From assembly GCF_009914755.1 (NCBI RefSeq), contig NC_060925.1: DNA of 64,000 nt, one strand, 5' to 3'. The notes beneath the pieces are model-generated. The model made no database searches and was not told the origin of the DNA. It saw only the letters and a list, made by a program, of their open reading frames with translations. The stretch's first letter is position 1; every line of letters starts with the position of its first letter. Source of the stretch: the human T2T-CHM13v2.0 reference genome, Homo sapiens. The translations under genes and the position numbers were made by a program. Shown here piece by piece: positions 54,278 to 64,000 of this stretch.

Positions 54278-57200
54278 GAATTCTCAGTAACTTCCTTGTG
54301 TTGTGTGTATTCAACTCACAGAGTTGAACGATCCTTTACACAGAGCAGACTTGAAACACTCTTTTTGTGGAATTTGCAAGTGGAGATTTCAGCCGCTTTG
54401 AGGTCAATGGTAGAAAAGGAAATATCTTCCTATAAAGACTAGACAGAATGATTCTCAGAAACTCCTTTGTGATGTGTGCGTTCAACTCACAGAGTTTAAC
54501 CTTTCTTTTCATAGAGCAGTTAGGAAACACTCTGTTTGTAAAGTCTGCAAGTGGATATTCAGACCTCTTTGAGGCCTTCGTTGGAAACGGGATTTCTTCC
54601 TATTCTGCTAGACAGAAGAATTCTCAGTAACTTCCTTGTGTTGTGTGTATTCAACTCACAGAGTTGAACGATCCTTTACACAGAGCAGACTTGAAACACT
54701 CTTTTTGTGGAATTTGCAAGTGGAGATTTCAGCCGCTTTGAGGTCAATAGTAGAAAAGGAAATATCTTCGTAGAAAAACTAGACAGAATGATTCTCAGAA
54801 ACTCCTTTGTGATGTGTGTGTTCAACCCACAGAGTTTAACCTTTCTTTTCATAGAGCAGTTAGTAAACACTCTGTTTATAAAGTCTGCAAGTGGATATTC
54901 AGACCCCTTTGAGGCCTTCGTTGGAAACGGGATTTCTTCATATTATGCTAGACAGAAGAATTCTCAGTAACTTCCTTGTGTTGTGTGTATTCAACTGACA
55001 GAGTTGAACTTTCATTTAGAGAGAGCAGATTTGAAACACTGTTTTTGTGGAATTTGCAAGTGGAGATTTCAAGCGCTTTGGGGCCAAAGGCAGAAAAGGA
55101 AATATCTTCGTATAAAAACTAGACAGAATCATTCTCAGAAACTGCTGCGTGATGTGTGCGTTCAACTCTCAGAGTTTAACTTTTCTTTTCATTCAGCGGT
55201 TTGGAAACACTCTGTTTGTAAAGTCTGCACGTGGATATTTTGACCACTTAGAGGCCTTCGTTGGAAACGGGTTTTTTTCATGTAAGGCTAGACAGAAGAA
55301 TTCCCAGTAACTTCCTTCTGTTGTGTGCATTCAACTCACAGAGTTGAACGTTCCCTTAGACAGAGCAGATTTGAAACACTCTATTTGTGCAATTTGCAAG
55401 TGTAGATTTCAAGCGCTTTAAGGTCAACGGCAGAAAAGGAAATATCTTCGTTTCAAAACTAGACAGAATCATTCCCACAAACTGCGTTGTGATGTGTTCG
55501 TTCAACTCACAGAGTTTAACCTTTCTGTTCATAGAGCAGTTAGGAAACACTCTGTTTGTAAAGTCTGTAAGTGGATATTCTGACATCTTGTGGCCTTCGT
55601 TGGAAACGGGATTTCTTCATATTCTGCTAGACAGAAGAATTCTCAGTAACTTCCTTGTGTTGTGTGTATTCAACTCACAGAGTTGAACGATCCTTTACAC
55701 AGAGCAGACTTGAAACACTCTTTTTGTGGAATTTGCAAGTGGAGATTTCAGCCGCTTTGAGGTCAATGGTAGAAAAGGAAACTATCTTCATATAAAGACT
55801 AGACAGAATGATTCTCAGAAAATCTTTTGTGATGTGTGCGTTCAACTCACAGAGTTTAACTTTTCTTCTCATAGAGCAGTTAGGAAACACTCTGTTTGTA
55901 AAGTCTGCAAGTGGATATTCAGACCTCTTTGAGGCCTTCGTTGGAAACGGGATTTCTTCATATTATGCTAGACAGAATAATTCTCAGTAACTTCCTTGTG
56001 TTGTGTGTATTCAACTCACAGAGTTGAAGGATCCTTTACAGAGAGCAGGCTTGAAACACTCTTTTTGTCGAATTTGCAAGTGGAGATTTCAGCCGCTTTG
56101 AGGTCAATGGTAGAATAGGAAATATCTTCTTATAGAAACTAGACAGAATGATTCTCATGAACTCCTTTGTGATGTGTGCGTTCAACTCACAGAGTTTAAC
56201 CTTTCTTTTCATAGAGCAGTTAGGAAACACTCTGTTTGTAAAGTCTGCAAGTGGATATTCAGACCTCCTTGAGGCCTTCGTTGGAAACGGGATTTCTTCA
56301 TATTCTGCTAGACAGAAGAATTCTCAGTAACTTCCTTGTGTTGTGTTTATTCAACTCACAGAGTTGAATGATCCTTTACACAGAGCAGACTTGAAACACT
56401 CTTTTTGTGGAATTTGCAAGTGGAGATTTCAGCCGCTTTGAGGTCAATGGTAGAAAAGTAAACATCTTCGTATAAAGACTAGACAGAATGATTCTCAGAA
56501 ACTCCTTTGTGATGTGTGCGTTCAACTCACAGAGTTTAACCTTTCTGTTCATAGAGCAGTTAGGAAACACTCTGTTTGTAAAGTCTGCAAGTGGATATTC
56601 AGACCTCCTTGAGGCCTTCGTTGGAAACGGGATTTCTTCATCTTCTGCTAGACAGAAGAATTCTCAGTAACTTCCTTGTGTTGTGTGTATTCAACTCACA
56701 GAGTTGAACGATACTTTACACAGAGCAGACTTGAAACACTCTTTTTGTGGAATTTGCAAGTGGAGATTTCAGCCGCTTTGAGGTCAATGGTAGAAAAGGA
56801 AACTATCTTCATATAAAGACTAGACTGAATGATTCTCAGAAAATCTTTTGTGATGTGTGCGTTCAGCTCACAGAGTTTAACTTTTCTTCTCATAGAGCAG
56901 TTAGGAAACACTCTGTTTGTAAAGTCTGCAAGTGGATATTCAGACCTCTTTGAGGCCTTCGTTGGAAACGGGATTTCTTCATATTATGCTAGACAGAATA
57001 ATTCTCAGTAACTTCCTTGTGTTGTGTGTATTCAACTGACAGAGTTGAAGGATCCTTTACAGACAGCAGGCTTGAAACACTCTTTTTGTCGAATTTGCAA
57101 GTGGAGATTTCAGCCGCTTTGAGGTCAATGGTAGAATAGGAAATATCTTCTTATAGAAACTAGACAAAATGATTCTCATGAACTCCTTTGTGATGTGTGC

Positions 57201-60200
57201 GTTCAACTCACAGAGTTTAACCTTTCTTTTCATAGAGCAGTTAGGAAACACTCTGTTTGTAAAGTCTGCAAGTGGATATTCAGACCTCCTTGAGGCCTTC
57301 GTTGGAAACGGGATTTCTTCATATTCTGCTAGACAGAAGAATTCTCAGTAACTTCCTTGTGTTGTGTTTATTCAACTCACAGAGTTGAATGATCCTTTAC
57401 ACAGAGCAAACTTGAAACACTCTTTTTGTGGAATTTGCAAGTGGAGATTTCAGCCGCTTTGAGGTCAATGGTAGAAAAGTAAATATCTTCGTATAAAGAC
57501 TAGACAGAATGATTCTCAGAAACTCCTTTGTGATGTGTGCGTTCAACTCACAGAGTTTAACCTTTCTGTTCATAGAGCAGTTAGGAAACACTCTGTTTGT
57601 AAAGTCTGCAAGTGGATATTCAGACCTCCTTGAGGCCTTCGTTGGAAACGGGATTTCTTCATATTCTGCTAGACAGAAGAATTCTCAGTAACTTCCTTGT
57701 GTTGTGTGTATTCAACTCACAGAGTTGAACGATCCTTTACACAGAGCAGACTTGAAACACTCTTTTTGTGGAATTTGCAAGTGGAGATTTCAGCCGCTTT
57801 GAGGTCAATGGTAGAAAAGGAAATATCTTCCTATAAAGACTAGACAGAATGATTCTCAGAAACTCCTTTGTGATGTGTGCGTTCAACTCACAGAGTTTAA
57901 CCTTTCTTTTCATAGAGCAGTTAGGAAACACTCTGTTTGTAAAGTCTGCAAGTGGATATTCAGACCTCTTTGAGGCCTTCGTTGGAAACGGGATTTCTTC
58001 CTATTCTGCTAGACAGAAGAATTCTCAGTAACTTCCTTGTGTTGTGTGTATTCAACTCACAGAGTTGAACGATCCTTTACACAGAGCAGACTTGAAACAC
58101 TCTTTTTGTGGAATTTGCAAGTGGAGATTTCAGCCGCTTTGAGGTCAATAGTAGAAAAGGAAATATCTTCGTAGAAAAACTAGACAGAATGATTCTCAGA
58201 AACTCCTTTGTGATGTGTGTGTTCAACTCACAGAGTTTAACCTTTCTTTTCATAGAGCAGTTAGTAAACACTCTGTTTATAAAGTCTGCAAGTGGATATT
58301 CAGACCCCTTTGAGGCCTTCGTTGGAAACGGGATTTCTTCATATTATGCTAGACAGAAGAATTCTCAGTAACTTCCTTGTGTTGTGTGTATTCAACTGAC
58401 AGAGTTGAACTTTCATTTAGAGAGAGCAGATTTGAAACACTGTTTTTGTGGAATTTGCAAGTGGAGATTTCAAGCGCTTTGGGGCCAAAGGCAGAAAAGG
58501 AAATATCTTCGTATAAAAACTAGACAGAATCATTCTCAGAAACTGCTGCGTGATGTGTGCGTTCAACTCTCAGAGTTTAACTTTTCTTTTCATTCAGCGG
58601 TTTGGAAACACTATGTTTGTAAAGTCTGCACGTGGATATTTTGACCACTTAGAGGCCTTCGTTGGAAACGGGTTTTTTTCATGTAAGGCTAGACAGAAGA
58701 ATTCCCAGTAACTTCCTTGTGTTGTGTGCATTCAACTCACAGAGTTGAACGTTCCCTTAGACAGAGCAGATTTGAAACACTCTATTTGTGCAATTTGCAA
58801 GTGTAGATTTCAAGCGCTTTAAGGTCAACGGCAGAAAAGGAAATATCTTCGTTTCAAAACTAGACAGAATCATTCCCACAAACTGCGTTGTGATGTGTTC
58901 GTTCAACTCACAGAGTTTAACCTTTCTGTTCATAGAGCAGTTAGGAAACACTCTGTTTGTAAAGTCTGTAAGTGGATATTCTGACATCTTGTGGCCTTCG
59001 TTGGAAACGGGATTTCTTCATATTCTGCTAGACAGAAGAATTCTCAGTAACTTCCTTGTGTTGTGTGTATTCAACTCACAGAGTTGAACGATCCTTTACA
59101 CAGAGCAGACTTGAAACACTCTTTTTGTGGAATTTGCAAGTGGAGATTTCAGCCGCTTTGAGGTCAATGGTAGAAAAGGAAACTATCTTCATATAAAGAC
59201 TAGACAGAATGATTCTCAGAAAATCTTTTGTGATGTGTGCGTTCAACTCACAGAGTTTAACTTTTCTTCTCATAGAGCAGTTAGGAAACACTCTGTTTGT
59301 AAAGTCTGCAAGTGGATATTCAGACCTCTTTGAGGCCTTCGTTGGAAACGGGATTTCTTCATATTATGCTAGACAGAATAATTCTCAGTAACTTCCTTGT
59401 GTTGTGTGTATTCAACTCACAGAGTTGAAGGATCCTTTACAGAGAGCAGGCTTGAAACACTCTTTTTGTCGAATTTGCAAGTGGAGATTTCAGCCGCTTT
59501 GAGGTCAATGGTAGAATAGGAAATATCTTCTTATAGAAACTAGACAGAATGATTCTCATGAACTCCTTTGTGATGTGTGCGTTCAACTCACAGAGTTTAA
59601 CCTTTCTTTTCATAGAGCAGTTAGGAAACACTCTGTTTGTAAAGTCTGCAAGTGGATATTCAGACCTCCTTGAGGCCTTCGTTGGAAACGGGATTTCTTC
59701 ATATTCTGCTAGACAGAAGAATTCTCAGTAACTTCCTTGTGTTGTGTTTATTCAACTCACAGAGTTGAATGATCCTTTACACAGAGCAGACTTGAAACAC
59801 TCTTTTTGTGGAATTTGCAAGTGGAGATTTCAGCCGCTTTGAGGTCAATGGTAGAAAAGTAAATATCTTCGTATAAAGACTAGACAGAATGATTCTCAGA
59901 AACTCCTTTGTGATGTGTGCGTTCAACTCACAGAGTTTAACCTTTCTGTTCATAGAGCAGTTAGGAAACACTCTGTTTGTAAAGTCTGCAAGTGGATATT
60001 CAGACCTCCTTGAGGCCTTCGTTGGAAACGGGATTTCTTCATCTTCTGCTAGACAGAAGAATTCTCAGTAACTTCCTTGTGTTGTGTGTATTCAACTCAC
60101 AGAGTTGAACGATACTTTACACAGAGCAGACTTGAAACACTCTTTTTGTGGAATTTGCAAGTGGAGATTTCAGCCGCTTTGAGGTCAATGGTAGAAAAGG

Positions 60201-61079
60201 AAACTATCTTCATATAAAGACTAGACTGAATGATTCTCAGAAAATCTTTTGTGATGTGTGCGTTCAGCTCACAGAGTTTAACTTTTCTTCTCATAGAGCA
60301 GTTAGGAAACACTCTGTTTGTAAAGTCTGCAAGTGGATATTCAGACCTCTTTGAGGCCTTCGTTGGAAACGGGATTTCTTCATATTATGCTAGACAGAAT
60401 AATTCTCAGTAACTTCCTTGTGTTGTGTGTATTCAACTGACAGAGTTGAAGGATCCTTTACAGACAGCAGGCTTGAAACACTCTTTTTGTCGAATTTGCA
60501 AGTGGAGATTTCAGCCGCTTTGAGGTCAATGGTAGAATAGGAAATATCTTCTTATAGAAACTAGACAAAATGATTCTCATGAACTCCTTTGTGATGTGTG
60601 CGTTCAACTCACAGAGTTTAACCTTTCTTTTCATAGAGCAGTTAGGAAACACTCTGTTTGTAAAGTCTGCAAGTGGATATTCAGACCTCCTTGAGGCCTT
60701 CGTTGGAAACGGGATTTCTTCATATTCTGCTAGACAGAAGAATTCTCAGTAACTTCCTTGTGTTGTGTTTATTCAACTCACAGAGTTGAATGATCCTTTA
60801 CACAGAGCAAACTTGAAACACTCTTTTTGTGGAATTTGCAAGTGGAGATTTCAGCCGCTTTGAGGTCAATGGTAGAAAAGTAAATATCTTCGTATAAAGA
60901 CTAGACAGAATGATTCTCAGAAACTCCTTTGTGATGTGTGCGTTCAACTCACAGAGTTTAACCTTTCTGTTCATAGAGCAGTTAGGAAACACTCTGTTTG
61001 TAAAGTCTGCAAGTGGATATTCAGACCTCCTTGAGGCCTTCGTTGGAAACGGGATTTCTTCATATTCTGCTAGACAGAA
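54278..61079 (+). repeat. Tandem duplication of a 3401-bp 20-mer (P-S-D-E-M-K-T-M*-K*-T*) x2
   Basis: ORF markers 54336/57737, 55356/58757, 56696/60097 and 57057/60458 are all offset by 3401, with shared private SNPs (gactgaat, ttcagctc, agacagcagg, gagcaaac). Confidence 0.9.
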
Positions 61080-64000
61080 GAATTCTCAGTAACTTCCTTG
61101 TGTTGTGTGTATTCAACTCACAGAGTTGAACGATCCTTTACACAGAGCAGACTTGAAACACTCTTTTTGTGGAATTTGCAAGTGGAGATTTCAGCCGCTT
61201 TGAGGTCAATGGTAGAAAAGGAAATATCTTCGTAGAAAAACTAGACAGAATGATTCTCAGAAACTCCTTTGTGATGTGTGTGTTTAACTCACAGAGTTTA
61301 ACCTTTCTTTTCATAGAGCAGTTAGTAAACACTCTGTTTATAAATTCTGCATGTGGATATTCAGACCCCTTTGAGGCCTTCGTTGGAAACGGGATTTCTT
61401 CATATTATGCTAGACAGAAGAATTCTCAGTAACTTCCTTGTGTTGTGTGTATTCAACTGACAGAGTTGAACTTTCATTTGGAGAGAGCAGATTTGAAACA
61501 CTGTTTTTGTGGAATTTGCAAGTGGAGATTTCAAGCGCTTTGGGGCCAAAGGCAGAAAAGGTAATATCTTCGTATAAAAACTAGACAGAATCATTCTCAG
61601 AAACTGCTGCGTGATGTGTGCGTTCAACTCTCAGAGTTTAACTTTTCTTTTCATTCAGCGGTTTGGAAACACTCTGTTTGTAAAGTCTGCACGTGGATAT
61701 TTTGAACACTTAGAGGCCTTCGTTGGAAACGGGTTTTTTTCATGTAAGGCTAGACAGAAGAATTCCCAGTAACTTCCTTGTGTTGTGTGCATTCAACTCA
61801 CAGAGTTGAACGTTCCCTTAGACAGAGCAGATTTGAAACACTCTATTTGTGCAATTTGCAAGTGTAGATTTCAAGCGCTTTAAGGTCAACGGCAGAAAAG
61901 GAAATATCTTCGTTTCAAAACTAGACAGAATCATTCCCACAAACTGCGTTGTGATGTGTTCGTTCAACTCACAGAGTTTAACCTTTCTGTTCATAGAGCA
62001 GTTAGGAAACACTCTGTTTGTAAAGTCTGTAAGTGGATATTCTGACATCTTGTGGCCTTCGTTGGAAACGGGATTTCTTCATATTCTGCTAGACAGAAGA
62101 ATTCTCAGTAACTTCCTTGTGTTGTGTGTATTCAACTCACAGAGTTGAAGGATCCTTTACAGAGAGCAGGCTTGAAACACTCTTTTTGTCGAATTTGCAA
62201 GTGGAGATTTCAGCCGCTTTGAGGTCAATGGTAGAATAGGAAATATCTTCTTATAGAAACTAGACAAAATGATTCTCATGAACTCCTTTGTGATGTGTGC
62301 GTTCAACTCACAGAGTTTAACCTTTCTTTTCATAGAGCAGTTAGGAAACACTCTGTTTGTAAAGTCTGCAAGTGGATATTCAGACCTCCTTGAGGCCTTC
62401 GTTGGAAACGGGATTTCTTCATATTCTGCTAGACAGAAGAATTCTCAGTAACTTCCTTGTGTTGTGTTTATTCAACTCACAGAGTTGAATGATCCTTTAC
62501 ACAGAGCAGACTTGAAACACTCTTTTTGTGGAATTTGCAAGTGGAGATTTCAGCCGCTTTGAGGTCAATGGTAGAAAAGTAAATATCTTCGTATAAAGAC
62601 TAGACAGAATGATTCTCAGAAACTCCTTTGTGATGTGTGCGTTCAACTCACAGAGTTTAACCTTTCTGTTCATAGAGCAGTTAGGAAACACTCTGTTTGT
62701 AAAGTCTGCAAGTGGATATTCAGACCTCCTTGAGGCCTTCGTTGGAAACGGGATTTCTTCATATTCTGCTAGACAGAAGAATTCTCAGTAACTTCCTTGT
62801 GTTGTGTGTATTCAACTCACAGAGTTGAACGATACTTTACACAGAGCAGACTTGAAACACTCTTTTTGTGGAATTTGCAAGTGGAGATTTCAGCCGCTTT
62901 GAGGTCAATGGTAGAAAAGGAAATATCTTCGTATAAAGACTAGACAGAATGATTCTCAGAAACTCCTTTGTGATGTGTGCGTTCAACTCACAGAGTTTAA
63001 CTTTTCTTTTCAAAGAGCAGTTAGGAAACACTCTGTTTGTAAAGTCTGCAAGTGGATATTCAGACCTCCTTGAGGCCTTCGTTGGAAACGGGATTTCTTC
63101 ATATTCTGCTAGACAGAAGAATTCTCAGTAACTTCCTTGTGTTGTGTGTATTCAACTCACAGAGTTGAACGATCCTTTACACAGAGCAGACTTGAAACAC
63201 TCTTTTTGTGGAATTTGCAAGAGGAGATTTCAGCCGCTTTGAGGTCAATAGTAGAAAAGGAAACATCTTCGTAGAAAAACTAGACAGAATGATTCTCAGA
63301 AACTCCTTTGTGATGTGTGTGTTCAACTCACAGAGTTTAACCTTTCTTTTCATAGAGCAGTTAGTAAACACTCTGTTTATAAAGTCTGCAAGTGGATATT
63401 CAGACCCCTTTGAGGCCTTCGTTGGAAACGGGATTTCTTCATATTATGCTAGACAGAAGAATTCTCAGTAACTTCCTTGTGTTGTGTGTATTCAACTGAC
63501 AGAGTTGAACTTTCATTTGGAGAGAGCAGATTTGAAACACTGTTTTTGTGGAATTTGCAAGTGGAGATTTCAAGCGCTTTGGGGCCAAAGGCAGAAAAGG
63601 AAATATCTTCGTATAAAAACTAGACAGAATCATTCTCAGAAACTGCTGCGTGATGTGTGCGTTCAACTCTCAGAGTTTAACCTTTCTTTTCATTCAGCGG
63701 TTTGGAAACACTCTGTTTGTAAAGTCTGCACGTGGATATTTTGACCACTTAGAGGCCTTCGTTGGAAACGGGTTTTTTTCATGTAAGGCTAGACAGAAGA
63801 ATTCCCAGTAACTTCCTTGTGTTGTGTGCATTCAACTCACAGAGTTGAACGTTCCCTTAGACAGAGCAGATTTGAAACACTCTATTTGTGCAATTTGCAA
63901 GTGTAGTTTTCAAGCTCTTTATGGTCAACGGCAGAAAAGGAAATATCTTCGTTTCAAAACTAGACAGAATCATTCCCACAAACTGCGTTGTGATGTGTTC

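Larger units (their letters stand above)
1..64000 (+). repeat. Alpha-satellite higher-order-repeat array, SF1 dimeric type; most likely human active centromeric array S1C1/5/19H1L (D1Z7/D5Z2/D19Z3)
   Basis: Continuous ~170-bp monomers alternate in two classes, giving a 340-bp period (ORF track steps 287, 627, 967, ...). GAATTC occurs once in most dimers (first at 229). A CENP-B box sits in every other monomer. Divergence between like dimers is very low. The alpha-satellite/SF1 call is firm; the chr1/5/19 assignment is recognition from memory, not a database search. Confidence 0.97.

Noticed and set aside
59-63744. Hundreds of 60-108 aa ORFs on both strands (MILRNSF..., MFPNCSM..., MCIQLTEL...)
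   Set aside because: They recur every 340 bp in overlapping frames, often start at GTG/TTG, are freely broken by indels and stops, and resemble no protein family. They are translations of satellite DNA, used here only as dimer markers.
187-63773. Regularly spaced conserved motif plus a palindrome resembling a CRISPR array
   Set aside because: The intervening sequence is itself repeated, so there are no unique spacers. The period is 340 bp, there are no cas genes, and the DNA is primate alphoid.
1-64000. Possible L1/Alu insertion, inversion or non-alphoid island
   Set aside because: The 340-bp phase and strand are kept from end to end with only 1-2 bp indels. I saw no poly(A), target-site duplication or reverse-oriented CENP-B box.
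1-64000. Assignment to a specific chromosome (1, 5 or 19) or to the kinetochore/CDR site
   Set aside because: These arrays share the HOR family, so assignment needs alignment to T2T assemblies. Kinetochore position needs methylation or CENP-A data.

Overview
The whole 64 kb is one uninterrupted, head-to-tail, single-orientation array of primate centromeric alpha-satellite DNA. It is suprachromosomal family 1 (J1/J2-type), with a 340-bp dimer usually cut once by EcoRI and a CENP-B box in every second monomer (about 188 boxes). It looks like the active human S1C1/5/19H1L array (D1Z7/D5Z2/D19Z3); I cannot tell the chromosome from sequence alone. I found no genes, RNA genes, mobile elements, CRISPR array or inversion, and all listed ORFs are repeat artefacts. 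By eye I sorted the dimers into about 8 types, using my own labels: S (caatagtag/ttagtaaac/gacccctt), D (tttcattt[a/g]gag/ggggccaaagg/ttgaccactt), E (gttcccttag/cattcccaca/ctgacatcttgtgg), E' (E 5' part with a generic 3' end), M (aaggaaactatc/aaatcttttg), K (gaaggatcc/tttgtcga), T (aaaagtaaat), P (generic) and R (aaacattc/aacgattc). The core unit is a 12-mer S-D-E-M-K-T (2040 bp). It is mixed with 6-, 10-, 14-, 18-, 20- and 24-mer variants and nested inside larger duplications of 3.4, 7.8, 8.2 and about 28-30 kb. I see no evidence of a new gene-based biological system. The interesting signal is the layered duplication and recombination history of the array.
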